The position numbers were made by a program, and so were the translations under genes. Positions 73,704 to 85,871 of a stretch of 124,000 nucleotides of DNA are shown piece after piece. This DNA is from Wallemia ichthyophaga EXF-994 (Eukaryota; Fungi; Basidiomycota), in contig NW_008806285.1 in assembly GCF_000400465.1 (NCBI RefSeq), positions 20,001 to 144,000 on the forward strand, in the 5' to 3' direction. The notes below the pieces were generated by a model, which saw nothing but the letters and a program-made list of their open reading frames with translations, was not told the DNA's origin and did not search any database. Position 1 is the first letter of the stretch. Each line of letters starts with the position of its first letter.

Positions 73704-76700
73704 TCAACATCCTTCCAGCACCCTCAGTGCGACTGCTGAGTTCCCGACATCCTTCATACACAGCCAAACAATATCGACATTGCGCACTGAGAGCGCTTCA
73801 TACAGTGAGACAATGTCGTCCTTCAGCAAGGGGTGGTGTAAGAGGGCTGTAAAGTCAGCACTGAGCTGCCAAACCAGCTCGTCCGCAACAGCTATCTCCT
73901 GCACCACACTCCTCATTGCGTCCACTAGAGCCTTATGCGCGCGCTTAGCTGGGGTTGTGTTTTGGTAATATTCTATTCCATTATCCGTGCTCTTTGCGTT
74001 GCTTACTGTGTTGATATCTCTACCATTACCATTTACATCACCACTCAACCCCCGCCTTAGCCCCTCAAATCCGATGGTGCGTCTAATCAGTGGATACGCT
74101 TCTTCCACAATGCGCATACTCATGAACGCACCCGTCTCAACAGCTAGCACGTTTATAAGCTCAAAAGCGGTAGCTATAACATGAGGACTCTCTTCGTACT
74201 CTTCCCCTTTCTTGGCAGCTTTTTCGGATAGGAGGCGGTGGAGTATATACGGCCATGCCCTGTGCACCACAGGCAGCACGTCACTATGGTGACCTGAGCG
74301 CATCAGCACTCTTACCGCATTTCCCATCAGCATGACAGTCCTAGCGCGTAAGAAAGCTGACTGGTGAGTGAGGAAGTGCAAAGCCTTGGACATAATCTTA
74401 AGACAAATGCTCTGCGATCTATTGAGTGGTTCTTTGGGTGTATCTTCTGGCGTTTGCTCCTGATCTACGTTGTGCGGTTCGCGTAGTTCATCCCAAGCTT
74501 GGTGTGGCGTCGGTCCGAAGTCTTCCACACCCTCTTCAGGTGGATCAGCGTGGAGATCGCGAAGCCAATCACTCAGCCCCTCCAGCTCAGCTGCAGAATC
74601 AGGCCGAGAATCAGCCACTGCTACCTCACGTTCACGTTCACCCACTACCTCATCGTCCGTACTGGGCAGGATGGCAGCATCGTCGGACATCACGCTGACA
74701 ATCGTGTCCAGAACGGCAAGCAGTCCCTCTCCCAGCAGAGGTATATCATGGTAATCGTCCAAACTCTCGAATATATCCTCCACCACTCCCTGTAACTTGC
74801 TTATCAGCGCTGCACCGACCAGTCTCATAGCAGCTATCAACACGCGCGGCGCTGCGACATCTAGCCTGACTGGATTTAGATATGATGTAACGCTATTGAG
74901 CAAGTAGTCTGCGTTATCGAGTATCGCGCCACTCGTGCTAGCGTATCCGAAGTAGTAGCTGACACTAGCGAGCGTGCTCCTGCTATGCTCCATGACAGTA
75001 AGAGTGGGGCTATCCAAGCGCGACAGAACGTAGTAGAGTGTGTGGTTGAGCTGGGGTCTACCTTCATAGCCCAGAACATAGCTAGTGGTAGCGATCATGC
75101 GCAAAGTGATGAGTGTAATCAACGTCACCCGCACTCTTTTCTCCAATTTCGCGTTCGATTGCGGTGTGTACTTGAAATTATCAGCCAGCGTTTCCACCTT
75201 ATCGAGACCGCGCACGTGTTCAGAAGGGAGATTGGTATCGGAATGGGGTACGACCTCCTCGCTCACTTCATGATCCCCTTCCATTCTATCTAATTGCTCA
75301 GCCTCGAGACTGAACTTAACGACGCTCCGGCCGAGCTTCACGGCGAGCTTGTGAGCCATTGCGACAGAGGACCGCGCTCGAGCCATCCCCTGCAAGATGC
75401 AACAACACAGCCATAGAGCGCTCGCAGCAGCCCTAGAATGCAGATTACGCTGAGCAAGGCTGAAGAAATATTCCACCGAATGAGACGCCCTATCCCCGAA
75501 CGCACATCCGAGAGCTACCAGCGCTCTGCGTATACACTCCCCGTCTTTACTATCGACGCTCTCGAACGGCATAGCAGGGAAACCGAACCATGGATCATCA
75601 GAGCCGTCGACCCCGATTTCAAAAGCTGCATCAGGGGTGCTACTCCACAGTATACTTCTGCTCGCATTTACTGATACGCTCTCCCCACTGATGGGCGGTG
75701 TCGCGAACGGAATGCAGTCGATTAGCCCCCATGCCCACTTCTCTACTCCGCCGCGCGCACCGAGTATATCATCCATAGGAATCCCACTCAGGCTCGTGCG
75801 CATTGTGAGAGCGGCTACAGCTTCGATCTGCGCCGTTGTTGCTTGTATGCCGCTACTGTCGCGCGATCTGATCGCTGAAGGGATTGCAATGAGCGCATCG
75901 CGCGCGTGCTGCTTCAGAAGTGATTCTAGTATCTTGCGGTGCGGCTCTAACGACAGAAGTCGACTGAGTGCTTCTTTGGCGATCAACGACACTTCACTCG
76001 ATGCCTGGCTGTCTACAGAAAGCATCAAAAGGTTTGATAGAAGCAGTCTGTGACAGTTGTCGAGAGTACCGATACACGATTCGAGCAGATCTGCTGACAG
76101 TTTTGCAACAGCTCGCCTCACCCTGCTGGACTGGTGCTTCACCACTTTCGAAGTGGAGATGAGAACGAGACATATCTGGTGCACGGTGCCCTGCAGCCAA
76201 GAAGGTGTGCGTATCCCTTCCTCTTTCTTCGTAGTGCTAGGTGGAGCGAAAAGAGATGACGCTACTGGTATACTCCCTTCATCCCTCCTATGTCTTTCAT
76301 CCACCTTACCTCTCACCTCCAAACTCTCCAAATCAATCCGATTTGCCAGTTCAGTCAAGTCGGCAATCTGCACCGGCTGAAGTGCTGCACATAGATCATC
76401 GTTGAGAGTCGACATGACAATCAGCCGTAGTGTTTCCAAGGCTGCTACTGCCAACTCGCTATTGATATGGTTTTCGCCTTTTAGGATCTTGGTTATCGAG
76501 CTCGCTGTGCCCGGCAACAAAACAGCGTTGATGTCAGGCTTATCGAAAGCGTATTCGCCTACATACACACCTACTAGCTGCAAGGAGCGTGTGCGTAGAG
76601 TGATAAATGTGTGCAATGTAGCCAAATCGAGTAATTGAGCAATAAGTGATCCTAATATCGACATGCGCTTCGTTGTGAGGAGAGAGGCGTGATCGAGGGA

Positions 76701-77190
76701 AGGATTTAAACTAAGAGTGTGAATCAACTCAACGCATGAAAGCAGTTGCACCTCTGACTTGCCTCCTTTTATGCTGTTGATTAGTGTCATCGCAGACAGC
76801 ATCCACAACTGCTCCCATTCAGCAGTGGGCACGCCTTCCAGGGCCCAAACTTTGGATATAGAATTGAGAGCATTGATAACAGCCACAGATCCCTTCTCAG
76901 GGAGCTCTGTGGGCGATATATGGCGGAGAAGGCCAGCTATTGGGAAGAAGACGTAGCGTATGAGCTGGAGAGAGCTATTTGTGGTGCTTAAATTAAGGCT
77001 GAGTGAATCTGAGAGTTCTTCAAGTGCTGAGAGCAGTCCTGGCTCGTTTGGTGTTAGATTCGGCTTCGTTACGAGGAAGTTGAGTCTGACGCAGGCAGGT
77101 TTGAGCTGAGCGTGGGTGTGAGCGCGGCGAAAGTACGTATATAGCCTCGCTCACAGCCTGGAAAGCGGTATTTCGCGCATCGTCGACCAT
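73704..77190 (-). CDS. TTI1: TEL2-interacting protein 1 (TTT complex)
   Basis: LKPACV N-terminus; YVFFP; LLPGTASSITK; ILDNADYLLNSV; VHRAWPYI; long HEAT-like protein. Confidence 0.82.
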
Positions 77191-77295
77191 CTCTGCAATC
77201 CTCGATGATGAAAGCTAAGACTAGAGATAAGAAATTGAGATTATTTTACAAATTGTTTATCGCATTATACCGAGACTTGAGGCTTAAAATTATGT

Positions 77296-79105
77296 CTAAA
77301 CAGTATGACTGGCTGATTTGCTTTTTATACGCCAAGCAGACAAAGGCAAACCTAGAATGAATGTTAGTAGAAGCCATAGGCGTATCCTTCAACTCACGCT
77401 GCAGTTTACGCGCTGTAGGATAAATATAAGCGGCTAGAATTACAGCCCCGAGCACAACACAGATGGTGCTGGTGACAAAGTAGCCATCGCGTTCAACAAC
77501 ACACTTTCCACCGATATCCGAACACACAGATTTGGCATGCTCAGAACTGCAGTCCTCTGCCTTGACGATGACGTCCTCATTCTCTTCATGGACGTGACAA
77601 GTAGCGATACTGAGTCCATCGACAGCCTTGAGAACGAAATAGCGCGGCCACGTTCCACCAAGATTCGACACTGTGTTGAGGAGGGTCATGTACGTTCCTC
77701 CAATCAGCGGATCCGCTATCTGGGTGTGGAAGGCGCATATGCCGACGAATTGGACAGTAGACATGAATCCACCGACGAGTGTCATTGCAATCACCGATGT
77801 GAATATCGTCGCAGTCACTGGTGGTTCTATAAACTTGATGGCTAGCATCGCAACAACGGCGTAGACTAGTCTGCCGATGAATGCACTTAGCCATGGTTTG
77901 AGTGGGTTGCGACCTTGTGACCACTGCGCAGCTAGCCAGCCACCAATGATCTGCACAGGAAAATCTATAAGCACTGCTAAAGCGAGGTCCTCCTTGCTCA
78001 ACCCTTTCTCTAACAACTTGAGCGAAGTGACGGCTTCATTTGCTTGGAAACCAATTTTAGCGACGAGGTGAATCATGACAAACGATTGGACGTGTTTGAG
78101 CTTTAAAATAGAAAGCATTTGGCTGTACACCTTCTTGATGTCCATCTCATCCTCGTCGGTGATGACATTCTCTTCTTTCTTGAAAAACGTAAGCCAGACT
78201 GTGAACAGGACGAATACTGCACCAAAGAATTGGAGGTATCCCCCAAGAGTAACTAGAGGGACTTCTAAAGGAGTTGATCTAAAGTATTTGTTGCTGAATT
78301 CAATCGAATTCAACGCCAAGAAGACGGTGAAAGAGAGAAAGTAGCCCGTATTCAAGCCAATAGTCTGAGCTGTAGATGCAAAGGAGAGATTTTCGTTGCT
78401 GAGCAAGGTTAATGCCCATCCGTCTACTGCAATGTCTTGAGTTGCAGCCAAGAAAATGAGCATGAAGAAGGTGAAAGTGAGTAAATTGACGTCCGGTACC
78501 TCCTAAAGGGCAATTGAGTTTTGATTACGCGTAAAATTACCGCACTCACCTGCGCTAAACTGTCTTGGATCCAGAAGGACATCCAGTACATCATTGCACC
78601 GACTAGAAACTGGATGGGTACGATCCAGCTCTTGCGTCTGCCCAATTTGGGATTAAAGCAAGCATCCACGATGGGTGACCAGAATAGCTTGAGTGAATAA
78701 GGGTATGTAGATAGCGAGAAGAAGCCAATTTGCGAGTAGCTGAGTTTCGCTTTGAGAAGAAAAGGGATACTGCCAAAAGCTAATCCTGTGGGTACGCCCT
78801 GTAGGAGATCTTAATATCTCGATGAGCTGTGTGGTGATGAAATCGAGCGTAAGAAACTCACACAAGATGACCAAGATTATCATTGCAGATCTATCCTTGT
78901 GGTACCAAATGTCAAAGAAGCCGCGATCGGAAGATTGTTGCGCTGTCTTCTTTGCGTCGTCATTGGCTTCCAAATGGATATCGAGCTCGTTGATGACGGG
79001 CTTAGGAGATGGAGATATACGCGGAGATCTACCGCTCTTGAGGTTGTTCCTCGATGGTTTCTTCCTCGCTGGCATCTGAAGATGGGCGTTTGGTGACAAA
79101 GACAT
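77296..79105 (-). CDS. Acetyl-CoA transporter (AT-1/SLC33A1-like MFS)
   Basis: YPYSLKLFWSPIVD; ATQDIAVDGWALTLL; YMTLLNTVSNLGGTWP; start could be 79075. Confidence 0.92.
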
Positions 79106-79136
79106 TCCTGCGAGTGAACAGCCATCATCAATTATC

Positions 79137-79557
79137 ATGGAAACAGAACGCAGCCAAACAGGCCAAGGGAGTGAGACGGTGGAAGGAACAGAGAGCAGAA
79201 CACAGCTGCAACGACACCAAAGCCAGGTGCTGAAATTGAGAGGAGATGAGCCAAAACAGCGGGAACAGCGGGAACGAGGCGGAGGAGTGAGGTGGGAACA
79301 AGGCACAGTAGATAATGAGCATATGGGGAAGAAAAAGTCAAAGAGTGCGTGTTATCTCCTGCTATTCCAACGCATCTGACGCATCTCCAGTCTGCTGCAT
79401 CTACCACAAGCCAAAGAGATTTGATGAGTCGTCGGACGAGTCAGATTGCAGTGACAACGAGCACCGTCACGCTAGCAACTGCAATCTCAACAAATACGAT
79501 AATCCTAGCCATACAAGCCATCGACACGGAGCATCTAAGGACAAGGATACCGCCTGA
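79137..79557 (+). CDS. YPI1: Protein phosphatase 1 inhibitor-3/Ypi1
   Basis: VRWEQGTVDNEHMGKKKSK|ICCIYHKPKRFDESS. Confidence 0.9.
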
Positions 79558-79655
79558 GATGGCTGCCAGATCTACCGCCTATTCATACAGGTTAATTATG
79601 TCTTGTATTTTTATCTATTCGCTGCAATCTCTTCTTTATCTTTCACCACCACGCG

Positions 79656-81277
79656 ATGGACGAATTCGCCAATGAACTATTCAGCGACGGCGGCGACGGT
79701 GCCGACGAAGCATACGAAGATGCCACATACCAAGAAGATATGATGGAAGATCACGATATTATCTCAGTAAATCTCCGCGGTGCAGATAAAGAGCAAGTGA
79801 GCCCGCACTCAGCCTCACAGATGATACGGCGGGCGATCATCCACGAAGCCCAACACGCAGGCTTCGAGCGAGCCACCGAAGATGCCATGATCGAGATTGA
79901 GCGACACGCCGTCTTCTGTGCGTCTCGCCATCCTATCTTCTCTAAAACACCCCCTAACCTGCAACAGGCATAGAGAGTCTTGCCAAAATGACCATGCAAT
80001 ACACAGAAAATGCCTACAGGACTGAAGCGACGCTGCATGAAGTCAGTGAAGCTTTCAGCGACGTCGGTATGACTGCCTCAGAAATGAACCCGATAGCAGA
80101 GCGCAACCGCGGTATTAAATCGACTAAACTGCTCCCGACGCCTATATCGACAATGCATCAATTCAAGGACCCAACCGAGGATTTCTTGCCAAGTGACGAT
80201 GAGCAGGATCCTGAGTATCGCATGGTGCAGCAGGAAGCTATGGATAAAATGCTCGAGCTCGCACCGTATGGTATAGGTCCGCGTTTGCCTCCAAGACATG
80301 CTTACCATCGTACTGCCGTCTATCCCACTCCACATAGGACTCAGACGCCTTTGGCGCACTTGGATAGGAAGCAGAATACAAGCAGGCTGGTTGAAAGGGC
80401 TCTTAAGTCGCTGATTGAAAGGACTCAGGTGGCTACAGAGTCCTCCCTGATGGCGAAGAATCAGCAGGCGCTGGGCGAAAGCCTTGATGACGATGACGCG
80501 GGTATAGTGCCAGTCCAAGAGAAGAAGGACGACGTTAGTGCTGGAGCAGAGCAGGAAGGACAGAAAGGGCAGCTGCCAGCATCAACAGCAGCGCCTCTTC
80601 AGCCTAGCACGAGTGAGCCAACTGAGGCTCAAGCAATGGAAGGTGTCCAGGTGGAGAAAAAGTATGGTGAAGCTGCACCAATAGTACCTGAGGTAGTGCA
80701 ACCGCAAGTCGAGGAGACGCCTGCTGAGCCAAAGCAGAGCGATCGTCAGCGGCCGGAAGAGGCAGGAGCGGGAGAAGCAAACGAAGAGCAGCAGCAGCAG
80801 CAACCAGAATCAATTGCTGTAATTTCTGCAGGGTCCGCACAACCAGAGCAACCAGAGCAACCAACACAGCCGTCTGAACAAACATCAAGATTACCACCTA
80901 CACAAGAACCAACAGAAGTGGCAGAACCATCCACACCTACGATCACTCAAAGTGAACCGTCTCATACAACTCTCGAAAAAGAAAAAGAACCTTCAACCAA
81001 AACAAATGGGGCGGACTCGCCAATGAAAGAGCACACGAAGCAAGCCAATAAACCACCCTGGCTGCAGAATATACAGATCGACGCGAATATTCTTAAAGAG
81101 CTGCCACTCGAATTTGGGATAGTTAATTTTGGCGATGCTGGTGAAGCACTTAACACTTCTTCGAGCATGAACATGCCATCGAATGGGCGGGGTGGAGGCC
81201 ACGCGCAGCTGGTACCAACCGATAGTGATGCATCGGGGTATGAGTCGCGCGTAAAGAGGAGACGCTGGAAGGTGTAA
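79656..81277 (+). CDS. TAF8-like protein (BTP histone fold + TAF8 C-motif + low-complexity insert)
   Basis: AQHAGFERAT..AYRTEATLHEVSEAF; PRLPPRHAYHRTAVY; one intron. Confidence 0.7.
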
Positions 81278-81352
81278 TATGTGTGTATATGTGCATTCAA
81301 TGTGATTCCATTATCTCTAAAGACTCAGGCTTAATTTTGGCCGTTGCACTCG

Positions 81353-82273
81353 CTAAAATCCTTTGCAACTCTTCCACTCGGCGTCTTGCTGCTGTACATT
81401 GAGTCTATTGGCCAACTCAACCAGTCCAATATTACGAGTCGAGGGATGAACGTCAGAGAAAGGCACACGACCGTCGAGAAAGATGTCAAATTCCTCCGGA
81501 TGCACCGTCTCAGGCTCGTCCTCCTCCTGTTCGCGAGCAATGTACACGGTGCGCATGCCTACAGCTCTAGCGCCTCTGCAATCATTTGCATGTGCGGCAA
81601 CCATAGCGCACTGCTCCGGGCGTAAGCCGAGCCATCTAGCGATGCTCAAGTAAGTTTCCGGGTGAGGTTTATAAACACGGGGGATATCAGCCCCGCAGAT
81701 GAAATCCCAACGGAGGTTGGCATGTTTAGCCATATCCACCAGCAGCCTGCAGTGACCGTTGCTCAGCGTGGCGACGACGTACTTCTGTTTCAGAAGGTCG
81801 ATCCCATGCGCGGCGTCAGGCCAAGCGTCCAGATCGTGCCAAATGAGAGAGAGGTCGTCGAGCTGTGCCGGGGTGTAGACATGATCGATGGCGTACTTGT
81901 GCGTGAGCGCGTCGAGTGCGTTTCGATGGAACGTATCGACCGTGGGGAAGTGGGAGTGTGTGGGTGCGACACCGCGTGAGTGCTCAGCTACACCCCTCTT
82001 GAACGCCTCGCGCCAGTCAGCGAGGAATGCCGCCCAGTTCACCCTTTCCAGTCGCTCAGCGTCTGCGTGCGCACTAGCGCGCCGACAAAGCTCAGCGTGC
82101 ACCGTGTGGTGCCAGTTGACAGTGGTGCCGAAAGCATCGACAATAAGCGCCTGGATTCGGTGTGAGCGTGGACTTGCACTGGTGGACTTGCACGCTTGTA
82201 CTCACTTTCACTCCTTGCTGACGTGCTGGCTCAGCCACTGCACCTCCGTCGCTGATCAACCCCCACTCACCAT
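81353..82273 (-). CDS. HAD-family haloacid dehalogenase type II
   Basis: Spliced M|QGVK|ALIVDAFGTTVNW; WHDLDAWPD; TLSNG; YKPHP; MVAAHANDCRGA. Confidence 0.9.
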
Positions 82274-83009
82274 TTTCGCGTGTGTTGTAGTGGCTGTGGC
82301 TCAGAAGTTTCAAACAATACGTCATTCGATAGTAACGATAAAAATTGCATACTCCCCAACGCCCGACGGACTCTCACGCCGAATGTCACCCCCGCGCTCT
82401 ATCTGTTTCCCTTCTGCACGAGCCTCCTGGATGCGATGCAACGCCAATGATTGCTGCTTCTGCCCGGCACGAACCAGGCACGGCGTACTCACTGGTGGTA
82501 TACTTGGTGAGCCGAGTAGAAAATACGTAAGCAGCTAAACACATATTTTCTCCACCACTTGCTTCGCTCCACCAATGTATTTATCATATCGTCCAGACTA
82601 TCCATATCTTCTGCTTGCTATTTGATAGCTCCACTGCGGTATCATCAGGGACAACTAAATGAAGCCCTTTACGAGTTCTTCAAAACGCAATTGACTACGT
82701 ACCAGAGATACTCCGGTGGTTCAGCGTAGTTGAGAAACACTAGTAATTTACAAATCACGACGCTGGTCAAGAAACGCTTTCGGTGAATTCAACACCTCCT
82801 TTGACTCCTCATACTTTAAGGAGTATTGATGGACGCAGTTTATAACATTTATCGTCTTAACAACATAATCAGATTTCATCATCAGGAAAAACTAATACAA
82901 AGCACCATATATACTATCGTTTTATGCACGCACTAAGCAGAGAGAATTGAAAAAAGTGTATCATTGAAATAAAGTGAGAGTGAGAATTTTATTATCATAG
83001 TGGTACATA

Positions 83010-84628
83010 TTACGCAGCTGCTGGTGGAGGAATAGAAGCACCTCTGTTATCAGGAATAGCAATGTTTGGGTTATGGTCTTTGAGCAGCTTACCACCGTAC
83101 ATAACGACGCCATTCTCGCGCTGGAATTCTTTGATTCTCTGCTCCATCTGTGGTCTGAAGTGTCTAACGAGACCTTGGATTGGCCACGCTGCGGCGTCAC
83201 CGAGTGCGCAGATGGTGTGACCTTCAATCTGCTTGGATAATTCAACCAACATGTCAATCTCCCTATTGGCAGCTTGGCCGTTCTCGAATCTGTTCATCAT
83301 GTTGTACATCCACGAAGTACCCTCTCTGCATGGTGTGCATTGTCCACATGACTCGTGTTTGTAGAACTTTGCGAATCTCGAAATAGCTTTGACCATATCG
83401 GTGGACTGATCCATGACGATGATTGCTCCAGTACCGAGGGATGTTTGAGCATCCTTGAGAGAGTCGAAATCCATGAGAACGTCGGTACAAACATCTCTTG
83501 GGATGACAGGCACAGATGCACCACCAGGTACTATGCCCTGGAGGTTCTGCCAACCGCCCTTGACACCACCGCAGTGTCTCTCGATGAGTTCCTTCAGGGG
83601 CACCGACATCTCTTCTTCGACGACACATGGGTTGTTGACGTGTCCAGAAATGGCAAACAATTTTGTACCTGAATTCCTGTCTCTGCCGAACGAGTCAAAC
83701 CAAGAAGGACCTCTTCTAACAATGGTTGGAACAACTGCCACTGTTTCTACATTTGCGACAGTGGTTGGACAACCGAAAACACCGACATCGGCAGGGAATG
83801 GAGGCTTAAGCCTTGGCTTACCCTGCTTGCCCTCGATAGATTCAATAAGCGCAGTCTCTTCACCGCAAATGTATGCACCGGCACCACGGTGGATGAAGAC
83901 GTCGAACTTGTAGCCAGAGCCGCAGGCGTTTTCACCTATCAAACCAGCTTTGTAAGCTTCGTCGATGGCTTGCTGGAGTCTGACGGCCTCGTGGTAAAAT
84001 TCACCACGGATGTATATGTAAGAAGCAGAGGCATTCATAGCTCTGCCGGCAACCAAACAGCCTTCAATGAGTTTGTGTGGGTCACCACGCATGATTTCTC
84101 TGTCCTTGCAGGTGCCTGGTTCACCTTCATCAGCGTTGACGACCAAGTAGCGAGGTCTGGAATCTTTATCCCAGCCAGGCTTGTTCATGAAGGACCATTT
84201 CAAGCCTGAAGGGAAACCAGCGCCACCTCTGCCTCGAAGTCCTGAGTCTTTAACGGCTTGGATAAGGTACTGGTCACCCTTCAAGACAATTTCCTTCGTC
84301 TTGTGCCAGTCACCACGACTCATTGCGCCTTTGAGGCTGAAGTCGTGGCGGTCGTACAAGTTAGTGAAGATTCTTGCGGGGAGTTAGAATGAGAGTGGGC
84401 AGCGTACAAGTACACATACCTATCTTGATCTATTGGAAAGCACGCGTCAGCCACCTACACATAATCCTCACGCCATTCTCACCTTTCAAACCGCCGTATC
84501 CTCTGCAACGCCACAGTGTAAGCGGGATAGAGATGCGGATAAAAGCGCACTAACCTAACTGGTGGCTCTGAAACCGATGCAAACGATCTCGCAGACCTTA
84601 GAACACTTTTTTGAACGCGGTTCAACAT
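83010..84628 (-). CDS. NDUFV1: Complex I 51-kDa flavoprotein subunit (NDUFV1/NuoF)
   Basis: [17 protein letters not shown]; [13 protein letters not shown]; [12 protein letters not shown]; TICALGD. Confidence 0.97.
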
Positions 84629-84813
84629 GGTGGTTTTGGTAGAAATAACGCACACAAAACAGCGTACACAACGCACGCACAAAGAAAAGTTTAAATAAAT
84701 AAATAAATACATAGCTGTGCATCCTCTGTGGCTTTCGCATCTCCAACTCTGCATATATCTCAAATCAGTTTCAGCCAGTCACAATTGAGATATTTGAAAT
84801 GAGGCCATGCAGG

Positions 84814-85806
84814 CTACTCCATCTCCTCAACCATCTTGGGTGCCTCTGCTTGGCCTACTTGTAGCTCGACATTGTCCAAAAAGTCATTGGCCACGAGGAA
84901 GCGTATCGTTTGTGAGAGGTAGCTTACACTCTGCCTAATCTCATCGTTGAACAGCTTCGCCATGAGATTTGGCTGCTCGAATTGATTTTTGTGCTTTGGT
85001 TTGCTGTCTGTGTGGTTTTTATGAAGGCGTGGCTGTGAGAGGAGATGGGAAGGCTTTGGTGGATGGGATGGAGGGATCTTTGAGGAGACACTTTCTGGTG
85101 CATCGTCAGCATCGTCAGCATCATTGGTAGCACCGTCGTTGTCGTCAGCCTCCTCTATGACACGTTTCTTTGGTATTTGAGACGGTTGAAATGCTTGAGA
85201 TGCTTTGTGATTAGAGCTCCCCTTCAAGCTACCACCGAACTTTGGATGTAGTGGTAGCTCTCCGCGCGCCTTTTTATCCTCCCGGACGCGTTCCTTCTCA
85301 GCGAGATTTGCTGCAGAAGGAAACCTACTCTTACGCTCAGCAATCCAGTCATTTATAGCCTCTGGAGTATCGAGCATGATATTTGTACCTTCGACGGGCA
85401 CGATAGGCTTCGCAGGCTTCGAAGCTCTCTTACGCTCCTCGTTCTCGAGGAAGCCGGGTGGATAAATGAGGTGTCTGTCCATCATGTGTAACTCTACTTG
85501 TTTCTTTGTACCCGAATGGGTACATTGGGTGCAGTGGTGTTGTTGCGGCTGTTGTGCTTGTGGCTGCTGCCGCTGCTTCTTTGGCTTGGACTGTCTACTT
85601 TGTCTACTTGGGCCAGCGTTTGCACCGGAAGCAGAAGGATAGAACTGCTGATTGTTCATGTAGCTGTAGTATCCAGCGTTGTATCCGCCGACGCTGGCTG
85701 TGTGTTGTGCGTGCTGTGCGTTTGCCTGCGCCTGAGCCTGCGCTTGCTGCTGCAAAAACCACCACTGATAATATGCGTTATAATATTCCTCGGAATTGGT
85801 GTCCAT
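84814..85806 (-). CDS. NUFIP1/Rsa1-like snoRNP assembly factor
   Basis: Zn-finger-like CTQCTHSG..HMMDRH; LDTPEAINDWIAERKSRFPS; SQTIRFLVANDFL. Confidence 0.78.
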   Translation of the reverse strand: MDTNSEEYYNAYYQWWFLQQQAQAQAQANAQHAQHTASVGGYNAGYYSYMNNQQFYPSASGANAGPSRQSRQSKPKKQRQQPQAQQPQQHHCTQCTHSGTKKQVELHMMDRHLIYPPGFLENEERKRASKPAKPIVPVEGTNIMLDTPEAINDWIAERKSRFPSAANLAEKERVREDKKARGELPLHPKFGGSLKGSSNHKASQAFQPSQIPKKRVIEEADDNDGATNDADDADDAPESVSSKIPPSHPPKPSHLLSQPRLHKNHTDSKPKHKNQFEQPNLMAKLFNDEIRQSVSYLSQTIRFLVANDFLDNVELQVGQAEAPKMVEEME

Positions 85807-85871
85807 TTGATTTACTTAAACTTGTTCAAGGATACCGCCATCATCTCAAGCACAAATATTTAAATTCAAAG

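Noticed and set aside
29306-77190. TOR-pathway co-location (YPK1, TOR, TTI1)
   Set aside because: Not adjacent, and no shared element was seen
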